DNA of 64,000 nt from a virus (lineage: Duplodnaviria; Caudoviricetes). The notes beneath the pieces are model-generated. The model saw nothing but the letters and a program-made list of their open reading frames with translations. It was not told where the DNA came from and did no database searches. Numbering within the stretch: position 1 is the stretch's first letter; every line of letters begins with the position of its first letter. The position numbers and the translations under genes were made by a program. Below are positions 35,390 to 45,867 of the stretch, piece by piece. Location: positions 1 through 64,000 of IMG/VR virus record IMGVR_UViG_2974666105_000001; one strand, written 5' to 3'.

Positions 35390-35400
35390 TAGGGCGCTCA
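35390..35400. other. cos site (11 nt)
   Basis: TAGGGCGCTCA is the reverse complement of TGAGCGCCCTA, which I recall (unverified) as the cos of phage ATCC 8014-B2. Non-coding context; P27 TerS and packaging HNH indicate cos packaging. Confidence 0.75.
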
Positions 35401-35704
35401 TTGTTTGAAGCTTTGTCTTTTTTCTGAGTTAGCTTGCGGGGTGCCTATATGCGTACGCGTACCTGTGTGTTTGCTGTTTTCCTGGCTTTCCAAGCCATAC
35501 AAATTACAATATAATAATTTATTATCATGACTACAATAAAATACTATTGTAGTTTCTTTATTAATATGATAATAATTTATTATATTTTTTCCGTCTCAAC
35601 ATACTTTTTACGAACTTTTATGTATTTATTATAATAATGCGATATTGTGCTGAACTGCGTTCAATATCCGTCTTGTCACGTCCGTTCTACGATCGTGCAA
35701 GCAT

Positions 35705-36095
35705 AGATCATCACATACAACATCAAGTCATCAACTTACAATCAACATCACAACATCAATGTAACAACACACATCACACAACCAACAACACATGAACACT
35801 CACTCATAACAAGTCATACAATCACGTTTAAGCAACTCAACACATCATCAACACAATAGTATACAACTAACACACAACTGCTTACAACGTCTCTCAATCG
35901 CTTATAATGTTGTTGTATTTAGTATCTATCATCAATCACGATCAACATACATCATTCAACCAACAATCGTCAATATAATTAGATCTAACAACGTTTAACC
36001 TATTCTCTTATAACTACACACAATAACGCTTAAAACGTATCACAACGCTTCTTATTGACTAATATAATCAATAACACAATATAAATATGTACACA
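35705..36095 (+). repeat. G-poor CA-rich low-complexity tract
   Basis: AACAACACACAT twice, many CAACATC/CAACAC units; non-coding. Confidence 0.8.
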
Positions 36096-36127
36096 AAAAA
36101 AAGATCTAACTAATTAAGTTAGATCTT
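36092..36127 (-). terminator. Terminator of the early module
   Basis: AAGATCTAACT/AGTTAGATCTT stem with a long U tract on the minus strand, just after the stop at 36135. Confidence 0.85.
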
Positions 36128-36134
36128 AAATACA

Positions 36135-36437
36135 TCAATACTTATCCAATTCATTTATGATATTGTTCACATCATCAATACTTAATAACTTCTCTTGATC
36201 AGTGAACACATAACACATCAACCTATCATCGTTGTAACCTTTAACACGATTATAATGTTTGCGAATTCTTTCCCTAATATTATAGCAACTACTGATCGTG
36301 GCTGTTGTATATACATCGATTAACTCTTTCTTAACGGCTTTCACGCTTTCAATACCGTATTCAGACAACACAACGGCTTGTCTTAACGTCATGTCGGTAC
36401 CGGCCATATAATCATTTAGAACTTTTTCGGGCGTCAT
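36135..36437 (-). CDS. Hypothetical early protein
   Basis: Start MTPEK behind GGTG RBS. Confidence 0.75.
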   Translation of the reverse strand: MTPEKVLNDYMAGTDMTLRQAVVLSEYGIESVKAVKKELIDVYTTATISSCYNIRERIRKHYNRVKGYNDDRLMCYVFTDQEKLLSIDDVNNIINELDKY

Positions 36438-36438
36438 G

Positions 36439-36852
36439 TTATTCACCAACCTTGATAGTCTTTTTAGTAAACCACAACCCAACGCCGTGATACTTTCCCG
36501 TTCGTTGCTCTTTAATGCGATCGCGCTTACTTAATCGTGTTATAGTCAATTTATAAGCCTTTAAAGGTTTCTTGTTGAATAGAATACCATCACCGCCACG
36601 CGTCTTGGTGTATAACAGCACGGACTTTTTAGATCTTATTGGAACGTCAATACTAAAGCTTTTACCTTTATCGGGCGTAATTTTAAAATTGTATGTTTGT
36701 ACGTGTCGTGTCGTATTCGTGATCACAACATTATTTTGATCGGTTGTACTTAACTTTACACCGCTTAGCATACTAGCCTGGGGCTTAATAGCAAACATCA
36801 TTCCCAATAGAACCCCAACCATAATCAACACTACTTTATTTACTTTAAACAT
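36439..36852 (-). CDS. Secreted/exported early protein, paralog of 38308-38625
   Basis: Signal peptide (MFKVNK-hydrophobic-PQA); ITNT..YxLTITRLSK motifs. Confidence 0.75.
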   Translation of the reverse strand: MFKVNKVVLIMVGVLLGMMFAIKPQASMLSGVKLSTTDQNNVVITNTTRHVQTYNFKITPDKGKSFSIDVPIRSKKSVLLYTKTRGGDGILFNKKPLKAYKLTITRLSKRDRIKEQRTGKYHGVGLWFTKKTIKVGE

Positions 36853-36960
36853 ATTTACATTTCCCCTTTCCATTGATTGATATAAGTATATCAACACCAG
36901 CTTTATTTGTCAAGCATATTTTAACAAACAAAAAAGCACCCAATCAAGGGCGCTTATTAC

Positions 36961-37416
36961 TTACATAAAACTCACATACAATTTTGTTTTATGATCTTGT
37001 AACCATTCGTAAAATTTAAATGATCCGCCGTTCAAAATATCTTGGCCAAAAATATCATAGCCACATCCGTGTACTGTATAATATGCGTCGGGTAATTCTA
37101 CTACTGATCGCATATTAGATAAAGCATAATTAGTAGTAGGATCTTTTGCATAAGCTCGCAAGCATTGTCCTAATAGCGAATTCTTTTTGATACGCCCAAT
37201 CGTAATCATACCATCAATAGTTTCATCGATGGTAGCGGTGTCCTCATCATAATCACCAATTAAGCAGTCGGAACATTCTTTTTTAGCCATTTCCCTGATC
37301 GTTTCCATGTCTAAATCGTAATCATGATAACTAAACCCACTCATAACGTCATTATCACAAACAACAGTGTTCGCGTCTAAATATTCCATGTCATTTTCTA
37401 AATCATATTTAATCAT
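36961..37416 (-). CDS. Acidic early protein
   Basis: 151 aa, D/E-rich, RBS present. Confidence 0.8.
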   Translation of the reverse strand: MIKYDLENDMEYLDANTVVCDNDVMSGFSYHDYDLDMETIREMAKKECSDCLIGDYDEDTATIDETIDGMITIGRIKKNSLLGQCLRAYAKDPTTNYALSNMRSVVELPDAYYTVHGCGYDIFGQDILNGGSFKFYEWLQDHKTKLYVSFM

Positions 37417-37428
37417 ATTTATTCCCCC

Positions 37429-37752
37429 TTAATCAAAGTCAACGTAGAATTCATTGCCAACCACATACACATCGTAATATTCCGTAAAAAGTCTGATTTT
37501 TCTTTCATGGCTCGCTAACTGCTCTTGATCCGCTTGCAACAATTCTTTCATATCATCATTAAAGTATTCACCAATCACACAAAACAGACTATTAACTGTA
37601 TGATCTATTGGGGTAATGTTTTCTAATTCTGATAAACAAAGACCCGTTTCAGCTTCAAAATTTTTCGAGGTATCAAAATTACTAATGTTCATTAAAGCAA
37701 TCTTTAACTCGTCATTGTCTTGCTTACTTATTTCATTTTTTAAATTAATCAT
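37429..37752 (-). CDS. Acidic early protein
   Basis: Start MINLKN after its own promoter. Confidence 0.8.
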   Translation of the reverse strand: MINLKNEISKQDNDELKIALMNISNFDTSKNFEAETGLCLSELENITPIDHTVNSLFCVIGEYFNDDMKELLQADQEQLASHERKIRLFTEYYDVYVVGNEFYVDFD

Positions 37753-37832
37753 ATTTACAGATCCTTTTCTTTTATTTAATGACTTAATTATAATCTTAGT
37801 TAGATACCTTGTCAACCACTATTTTTTATTTT

Positions 37833-38147
37833 TTAATAAGTTTCGATGGTGTATCCGCAATCCTTTAGCATGTCCAACTTATTACCCGATAGCTGCAAGC
37901 CACTGACTAGCGCTGTCTGAGTTTCAGGGACTAGCCGGGCAACTGCATAATGTTGGTGCAGCTCCTCATACGTGTCGGAGTTAGGCAACTCACCTAGTAA
38001 CGTATTATGATCAGCTCCTCGAATACCGTCGCAAAACTCGCCAGACACTAGCACGCCATTTTCAAACATGTAAATAGCCTCGCCAAGATTGTCAGCTAGT
38101 TCAATACCGTCATCTAATAATCGTGCTTCTAATTGTTCTCTGGTCAT
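37833..38147 (-). CDS. Acidic early protein
   Basis: Own promoter and GGAGG RBS. Confidence 0.8.
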   Translation of the reverse strand: MTREQLEARLLDDGIELADNLGEAIYMFENGVLVSGEFCDGIRGADHNTLLGELPNSDTYEELHQHYAVARLVPETQTALVSGLQLSGNKLDMLKDCGYTIETY

Positions 38148-38307
38148 ATTTATTATTCCCTCCTTTATTTAATAACCTAATTCTAGCAAATTTTATTAGA
38201 TCCGTCAACAACTTTTTACAAAAAAAACTAGCCTAATGGCTAGTTATTTTTTTTATCGATTCCAGATCGTACGTTGTGTGTTTTTAATTCCTTGTGGTAT
38301 AAAATGG

Positions 38308-38625
38308 TTACGTGGGATCAGCATTTCGTTTTTCGTCCGACTTTGAGACGCGCCGAACAGTGACGCTATACTTGCCAGGCTGCTTGATCATCCATGATTG
38401 CCGTGAGTTCAAAGCCATATAATACCATGTTGTTTTGTTACTCTTGACAGTAACTCGGTACATGTTTTCAGTGCGTCCCGTATTTGTAAGCTTAATTGCG
38501 TGTTGACTTGTGCGTGTTAGGCTATACGCATAATTAGGTTTTTTACTGGCGTCCGCATTATATGCGGTAACTAGCGACAATGTAACACCGGCAATAACAG
38601 CGATCAATAATTTATAAAATTTCAT
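38308..38625 (-). CDS. Secreted/exported early protein, paralog of 36439-36852
   Basis: Signal peptide ending ADA; IKLTNT..YSVTVRRVSK. Confidence 0.75.
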   Translation of the reverse strand: MKFYKLLIAVIAGVTLSLVTAYNADASKKPNYAYSLTRTSQHAIKLTNTGRTENMYRVTVKSNKTTWYYMALNSRQSWMIKQPGKYSVTVRRVSKSDEKRNADPT

Positions 38626-38641
38626 TTTTATACCCTCCGAA

Positions 38642-39886
38642 TTATTTAAAGAATGACTGGAAAAATTTTGAATTTTTAAGCGATGGAAATTGTAAAATTA
38701 ATCCGTAACAGAAACCGAATACCGAAAAAATTAAAATCAATAGATAGAACACATTACTAAGATCAACAACTAACATTTTGACACCCCTCCTACATTTCCT
38801 TGAAATATTGCCCTGTTTCCTTAACGTGATAAACCAAACCTTTTTGATCGTCAATTTCTAGTGGACCCAATTCTATGAAAAAGTCATAGGGTAAATAATG
38901 GTTGTCGTATGCGATTTTCTCAAGTTCTGACATTGTTAATTCGATCATATTTATCCCCCCCTTATAAATTATTGCCTAGTATATTGACGATTTTTTCTGA
39001 CGTCAGCACGACCATATTATCAGTGTAGTAATATTGATCTTCGATAACTTTTCCGTCATATTCAATACTAACCTTATTGCGTTTACAATTAACTGATAAA
39101 TGCTTGCTTTTGTTCGTAACTAACATTTTGTTGCCTACTATTCGAGCGCTTAAATTGCCTTCAAGTCGTAGGTCAATCTTCAAATCGCGGTAAAAATCTT
39201 TTTTAGTCATATTTATTTTCTCCTTTTTGATTTTCTAAATCCTAGCATATTTATTAAAATCTGTCAACAAATTTCACAACTTTTTATATCCCAACCCGTC
39301 TAAAATTTCGATAATCTTTTTTAGATCCTTGCTGACATTCCCTGCGATCAAAACGTTATGAGTTGATGTTCCTTGCCAATTGCTTTTTTCAAGATAGATC
39401 TTGTCAACCGCATTTACTTCAAGAATTTTGCCATTCCCATACATGTCAAGCTGGCTGACAACCTCAAAGTGGTTCGTGTTGAGTAGCATTTCAACTAATT
39501 TCGCATTGATTTTCATAATATTTACCATCCTTTTTTTGATTGACTAAATTCTAGCATATTTATTTTTTAATTGCAACCCGATCATTAAATAAATTATTAA
39601 AGCTTTTCAAAACATCTTGATAACCGCCACTGCATTCGTATTTGTCACTATCGTACAAGCAATATTTTTCGCGCTCCGGCGTTCCTTTAGCAGCATAATA
39701 CACGAACGTATATTTTTTGTTGATCGTGAAAATATACATCAATCCGGCGGTTCGGGACTTAAAACGCTCTACAATTATTTCGGCGTTTCGTTTTCCGTAG
39801 CCCAGGGCGTTCGCAATTCCGACAAGTGTTTTTGTTTCCCGACAGCAATATTTAATTTTGTTTTTTAAAAATAACTCTTGATCCAT
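38642..39886 (-). CDS. Five small early genes: 38642-38776 (membrane), 38790-38948 (missing from track), 38962-39210, 39274-39516, 39560-39886
   Basis: Each has a clear RBS and ATG. Confidence 0.7.
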
Positions 39887-40119
39887 TTTTAACAACCTCC
39901 CTCGCTTGATTGATTAAATAATATCACGTTCCAGGATCAAAAACAACCCTCCAGAGCAAAAATATTTGATCAACCAAAAAACGATTTTTCATATTATAGT
40001 AGAAAACTTTATTTTTGTAACTCTATTTTAAGCTTAAACGCCCGTTATATAAGTATTTAAGGGCTATTTTTATTGCTTATGTGTTATTTTATAGAATCGT
40101 TTTACATATTATAGTAAGA

Positions 40120-40390
40120 AAAATTCTTTTTTATATGTGTGTTTGTTTATGTAAACGCCTATATACTAGCGTTTTAAAGCTTATATGTATGTGTGTATAT
40201 GTGTGTTTTCAGGGCTGCATGCGTGATCATGCGTTTGTGTTTGCATGTATGTATGCGTGTTTATTCGTACTTGTGTGTATATGCGTGTTTCGTAGGGCGG
40301 TGTCGCATGTACGTATGTGTGCGTGTTTCGTATAGCGCTATATACGTGTCTGCGCGTGTTTTCCTATGTGTGCGTGCGTGTTTTTCATGA
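40120..40390 (+). repeat. Alternating purine-pyrimidine tract with seven RYGYGTGTTT-type repeats
   Basis: Copies at 40135, 40199, 40253, 40281, 40319, 40352, 40374. Confidence 0.85.
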
Positions 40391-41023
40391 GTCTCACATA
40401 GGCATGGGCTATTAGATCTAGGCCGTGTATGTGCGAGTAATATGCTAAGGTGGCCAGGATGCTATTGCCCCGTATTAATATTTGGCTACCCAAGCAAAAG
40501 CGCTAAATGATACTCACAGCCTTTTTAGACGTTTTTGTGCATAGAAATGTCGCTAGAAACATCGAATAACATATCCAATACAGAATAAACCTGCCCGTAG
40601 CATTTTGATTAGAATGAGCATATGAAAAACCATCCAACAAACAAACCATTGTCAGATTATTGAGAATGACTGGGCATTATCTAATAGTAAAACTCTAATA
40701 AATACCGCATGGGAATATTTTTAATATTTTTTCAGATTGCAAGCATTAATCTAGTGTCGACAAACATTTAATAAATCATTTTTATATGTAATTATTAACA
40801 ATGATGTTTTCCAAGATGCGTTTCAATCATTAATCATGCCAATCGTCACTAATCCCATAGCATGTATAATTGTAAAACTTTATCTGGACGAATTATTATA
40901 AAATATATAAATATAGTTAGAGCCGGGGTATATTGAAGAACTTTTTCTGATCAACATTTCTTGTATGTTACATATTTACTGTCATAAGGGGTAAATAAAA
41001 AGTCCTCTATTGAGGACTGATCA

Positions 41024-41707
41024 TTATTTAACAGGAAACTCATAAATGTTCTTGTTCCCACATTTTTCACATTGATATTGTGCTCTTACACGTTTTCTAG
41101 TTGTCGCAGCCATCGAAATTTTCTTAAAGTATTGGTTCGTATGACAAGCAGAGCAATAGCAAAGTATTTCTTCTTTCATTCAGTCACCTCAGAACCTTCC
41201 ACTAATTCATCGGGGATTACCGCTATATATTTCCCATCTTCTCGTTGTTTTATTAACCCGCTGTTGATTATCATGCCTATGATTTCCCCTGCCACACTAG
41301 ATTTGCTATCGCCGATAATCTGATACCCTATAGATAATCCATCGAATAATTCGGGATGATCCCGTTTTAAGTCTAATAGCGCTGATTTAATTTTGTGGGC
41401 GCTATCATTATCATAGCTATTATTGCGTTGCAAAGTCCATGGTTCATCTGATGGCACCACTAGCGTGGCGACCATTTCGTTTAACGATGTTTCGTAACTT
41501 TTGTTAGTGTTATTCATGTTAACCCAGCTTTCTTCCACATAGGGGGCAGTAATTTATTCTGACTTCATCATCATCTGGTTGATCATCATAATAGTCCCAG
41601 CCATTATATACTAAATGATTTCCGCTGACATACACAGAGCCGGATTGAAAATCCATGAGGGAATTGCTGTCTTCGCCTTTGGGTCTGCATGCTTTACATT
41701 CACTCAT
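41024..41707 (-). CDS. Zinc-ribbon protein 41024-41179 (missing from track), hypothetical 41176-41517, and YCPxCGRKL zinc finger 41519-41707
   Basis: CxxC pairs and RBSs; U-tract terminator at 40997-41020. Confidence 0.75.
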
Positions 41708-41888
41708 TCAATTAACCCCATTTCTCCGCCTAATAAAGGGGAGTAATTCATCTCTGTTCCCATAGTATAAACAACCCTTTTATATTTCCAACCATATCCG
41801 TCAATAAATACACTCCCGGTGTAGCATTCTTTCATTATCATTTATCTCCTCAACATTAAAATGGTGATTAATCTGATCGCTATATACT

Positions 41889-42464
41889 TCAATAAGCGTA
41901 ATATTCTGTGCGTACCTTGTTATTGTTCATGCGATTATTAATTGTACCAATATTCGTATTTTTATACTTAAAGGGCTTAGATACTTCAATTTTATTCTTC
42001 TTTGAGTTCCATGATGAGGTAAATACAACCTCATAGTGGGCGGCCTTATAGCTCGTTTGAACACGGGTACCTACTTTAAAGTTCTTAACCTTACGATTAT
42101 AACTGCTATCACTAAACCCGTCGAATAGATTATTCATCATATCTAAATCAGCTTTGTTACCCTCAGTGCCAATATTAACACCATTAGTATCTGCTTCGTC
42201 TTGCTTACTGGTAGTTCCATCAGATAGCACAATCTCAGACACATTGACATTACGCTTATACTTATACTCATCAAACGTCCGTAGCCCAACAATATAAGCA
42301 TACTTAGAACTCCCGGGTACATAATGTTGTGATATAATTTCAGCATTAGAGTTATCGTACGATGTATGTTCCTTAATTGCAATAGAGATAACATACCCAG
42401 AAACAATTAATAATACAGTCATTACTACCCCAAACAAGATATAGTGTTTCTTCTTACTATTCAC
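41889..42464 (-). CDS. Membrane-anchored extracellular protein
   Basis: N-terminal K-rich segment + TM helix, hydrophilic remainder. Confidence 0.75.
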   Translation of the reverse strand: MNSKKKHYILFGVVMTVLLIVSGYVISIAIKEHTSYDNSNAEIISQHYVPGSSKYAYIVGLRTFDEYKYKRNVNVSEIVLSDGTTSKQDEADTNGVNIGTEGNKADLDMMNNLFDGFSDSSYNRKVKNFKVGTRVQTSYKAAHYEVVFTSSWNSKKNKIEVSKPFKYKNTNIGTINNRMNNNKVRTEYYAY

Positions 42465-42516
42465 TATTACCCAGCCTCCTAAAATAATAGTTTTATCGTG
42501 ATGAGTGTCATAAGTT

Positions 42517-42948
42517 TTACGACACGTAAATAGGTTTAATGTTCACCTTATCCCAATCTAACGGGATGTCTTTGCGTTCTTTAATTTTTGAAATCTCCGC
42601 CAGCGTAAAAATTGTTTGATAGCTATCCGTATTAAGATCATCAGCAAGTAAAGGTTTATTGTTTTCATCAATGTTCAAATATTCATTAAGCACATTTACT
42701 TTGTACTTAGTTTTGTCTTTTCGATCTTCGACCGGGGTTGCTGATAGTTCAGCCATAATCATATACGCTTTTTCAAACATAGGAAAACTTGTGCTCATAG
42801 ACGTTAATTCAAGACCATATCTATAAGGTCTAACGTAGATAATTAAGGAGTCCTGATAGAAAACATCAAACTCTCCGTCGAGATCAACGTCGGCGCTGTA
42901 ATTCTTACTCAATGCTTCGATTTGTTTCTGTGCATCGGTGTACTTCAT
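42517..42948 (-). CDS. Hypothetical phage protein
   Basis: 143 aa; ELSATPVEDR...YQTIFTLAEI pattern common in Lactobacillus phages. Confidence 0.75.
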   Translation of the reverse strand: MKYTDAQKQIEALSKNYSADVDLDGEFDVFYQDSLIIYVRPYRYGLELTSMSTSFPMFEKAYMIMAELSATPVEDRKDKTKYKVNVLNEYLNIDENNKPLLADDLNTDSYQTIFTLAEISKIKERKDIPLDWDKVNIKPIYVS

Positions 42949-42951
42949 TTT

Positions 42952-43563
42952 TCATTCCTCCAACGTTTTAGACTTCAATCCGACTTTTTTAATGTCGTAT
43001 AACTTTTGCTGGACAATGTCAGCGCCATTATCATCTGCATTAACAAACCAATATCCGTTCGCTTGTTTTCTGTTTCCTTTAATGACACTGTGAATATTTC
43101 CTTGGCTAACTTCTAATACTTGGCTAGCTCTGATTTGTGATGGAAATTGATACACTTCTAATGTTGATAAGTTTATCGCAAATACAGGGTGGTTTCGTGA
43201 TTTTCCGAATTTTTCCCGATATTTGCTATTGTACAAGCTTGAACACCATTCAAGGTTTTCAACACAATTGTCATCTCTAACACAGTCTTTATGGTTTACC
43301 TCTGGAAAATTATCAGGATTTGGAATAAAAGCTTGAGCCACAAGGCGATGAACTTTTTTCATAGTCCATTTACCATCAACTGGAATAGATACTTGTAGAT
43401 AACCATGACCATTTTCAAATTGTTTTAAAATTCGTCCTTTCGTGAAACGTGTCTTGTTTTCGCTTGATACCACCCTATCTAACATGCGAACATTGCCAAA
43501 ATCAGAAATTTCTACCCCTGTAATTCCCGGAATTGATTTCCAAGTTTCACTTTCTTCAAACAT
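42952..43563 (-). CDS. NUMOD4-HNH homing endonuclease
   Basis: ETWKSI..EISDFGNVR, VHRLVAQAFIPNP...VNHKD..N...NLEW, C-terminal NUMOD1-like domain. Confidence 0.92.
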   Translation of the reverse strand: MFEESETWKSIPGITGVEISDFGNVRMLDRVVSSENKTRFTKGRILKQFENGHGYLQVSIPVDGKWTMKKVHRLVAQAFIPNPDNFPEVNHKDCVRDDNCVENLEWCSSLYNSKYREKFGKSRNHPVFAINLSTLEVYQFPSQIRASQVLEVSQGNIHSVIKGNRKQANGYWFVNADDNGADIVQQKLYDIKKVGLKSKTLEE

Positions 43564-43606
43564 AACTATTTCTCCTCAACTTTCCATTTCCTCGTTTTGC
43601 TATATT

Positions 43607-44066
43607 TCATTTATCTTCCTCCACTTGGTATCCGTCTAGCCATGCTCTAACAAAATCATCTTGAATTTCAACCCACTGTTCACGTGTGCGATACTTTTCT
43701 GAAATAATCAGCTACCTTTTCTGGCAGGTCTGGTTCGTTCATTGCTCCACCAATTGCAACCATGTTTGCCTTACACTTATCAATCCAGTCACCTACTGCC
43801 TTAGGAATAACTGGTAACTCAGCATAAGTCTTCTTGAATACGTCATCGGCGATTGCCCAGTTTTCATCCTCAACTCCAGATGCAATCCAGTCGCCAATAT
43901 TCACTCTTAGCTCGCCTTCCATTGTTGGCAAGAAGTAGGCTCCTTCAAATCCTATAGCAGTAGATGCAAGCTGTGTATTAATAATATCATATTTATCAAT
44001 CATCTCATCGCTACCATCAAACCGTTCAGCCTTGATAGTAGCTGTTTTAATATAAGTTTTAATCAT
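43607..44066 (-). pseudogene. Two-domain gene (PGDYG-like + DUF1642-like) with a frameshift near the 3' end
   Basis: ORF stops at 43680, but the +1 frame carries the DUF1642 terminus ...FVRAWLDGYQVEEDK* to 43607. Confidence 0.65.
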
Positions 44067-44071
44067 CTTAG

Positions 44072-45790
44072 TCACCCCATAACGTTTTTCTGATACCATT
44101 TATCTATTTGTCGTGCTACTGTTAGTGGATTATCATCACTAGATAGCAAGTCTTTAAACTCAGAACGCACTATGTCAAACTCTTCCCATGTATCTACTAC
44201 GTGGTGTGCCCTCTCAGCAATTTCATTAAAATCATCACGTTTCTTTAATTCTGATAGCTTCATTTGTCCGCCTCCGTATAAAGGATAGTTAACGTATGTG
44301 AATGGTCGTCATATGGCAATACCGTGTCACTTGCAGAAATTTGAACGACATTTTTGTCTTTAATGAAATCATTGACTTTATCATCAAATTCATCATCACT
44401 TGTACAGTTAGTCCAGAATGTTTTAACTTTCATCATTTTATTACTCCTAATCAGAAATTGTAAGAGATGAGTGCATGTATACAGTGTTTGTGGCATCATC
44501 ATAAAATGAATCAGTACGTACTCCCATTCCAGCCCAATTAGTCTCAACCGGCATGTCTTTGGGTAATTTTTTAAGATCTTCGATTAATCCCCCGACGGTT
44601 TCTCCAAAATCCCAATTTTCATCTACGACCGGGGATGTGATAACAGCTTTCTCCGCTTCAACACAACCGTCTAATTCATCCTTAATTTTGTCATGATCAA
44701 TAGGATAATTACTAAAGACTGGAATTCCCCAGACCTCATCTTCATGCTTCCACTTATTATTGCTCATCGGTTTCATCCCCAATTTTTCCAATCATAATTT
44801 TTGTAAATTCCTCTGTTTCATCAATATGATCAAGAAGAGTTTTCAAAATTGTCGGTAAATCATAAGGAGTATCAAACTCCATTTCAATCTCATACCCATC
44901 TGATTCTCCAACCGTTTTGATATGATATTTGTTTTCAATTTCTGATTTTACCATTTAATCATCGTCTTCTTTCTTTTTATCCTCAATATCTTCAATCCTA
45001 CCCATGACATAGCTGATCACGGCGAACAATGTTGACACGCCATATATTACATAACATTCATTGTTTGACAGTACCCCACTATTGTTAGCTATAATCAGTG
45101 CACCAAGTATGGAGGTTACGCACCATACAATATACGATCTAAGTAAGCTAATCTTCACCATCTCCCACTAAAATGAATCTTTTATCATTGGGGTTAAATT
45201 CTGGAAGATAGTCTCTAAACACGTACTGATAGTAAAAATAGGTATCTTCATCAAATACTTGGGTGTATTCTGGTCCACCAAGGTCTGAAAAATCTTTATT
45301 ACAATCTTTATCCGCCATATATACGGACTTACCATCAGGTCCAAAATATGCTTCCAAATATTGATCTCCTGGGAGCATTTTCACCCTAAATTTCATTTTT
45401 ACTTTCCTCCAATTCTTTATCAACTTCTGAAATTGAAGCATTCAAATCATCATCAATGCTCATGGCCAGTGTTTTTGGATCGTATGGTCTTGTCGCGTTG
45501 AGAGTCCAGACTTTTGAACAATACGGACAAGTACATTTATACTCTTCTTTAAGCAACTTCTGATGGTCAATTTCTACCATATGTTGGTTATGCCCCTCAC
45601 CAAATAGTCTTTCAACAAACGTAAAGCCGCACCGGGTACAGGTCATTTCAGTTTGAATCCAGTTGTTCAAGTCTGTATTCACCTTTGTATTAGAGTTATA
45701 ACAAAAAATCTTACAAGGTTTGTTCAAGTAAATGTCATAAATTGGAAAAAGCGTTTCATTGTCCGTTTTAAAACCGTCTAGTTTTTGCAT
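44072..45790 (-). other. Cluster of about seven small hypothetical CDSs (44072-44263, 44260-44436, 44447-44766, 44757-44954, 44955-45161, 45148-45441, 45386-45790)
   Basis: Tightly coupled ORFs with RBSs; one membrane protein, one with two CxxC motifs. Confidence 0.7.
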
Positions 45791-45867
45791 ACTTCATCGT
45801 TCCTTTCTATAAACAGAAGATCATATCTAGGGCGTCATTACAAGCGCAAAATAATATTTTTATTTAA

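Larger units (their letters stand above)
36885..39946 (-). promoter_or_regulatory. Array of six sigma-A promoters: 36885-36913, 37787-37815, 38180-38208, 39239-39267, 39548-39576, 39918-39946
   Basis: All have exact 17-bp spacers (TTGACA/TATACT, TTGACA/TATAAT, TTGACG/TAGAAT, TTGACA/TAGGAT, TTGCAA/TAGAAT, TTGTTT/TATTAT); U-tract terminators at about 36920-36953 and 38221-38245. Confidence 0.85.

Noticed and set aside
36101-36127. dif/att-like recombinase site
   Set aside because: The inverted repeat has a U tract and directly follows a stop codon, so a terminator suffices.
38240-38316. Possible +1 shift at CCC-ACG extending the 38308-38625 protein
   Set aside because: Lacks the AGY-GAC cassette, and the extension has no clear similarity to the paralog's C-terminus.
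40081-40390. Cys/Val-rich ORFs on the plus strand
   Set aside because: Translation artefacts of the GT-rich low-complexity tract.
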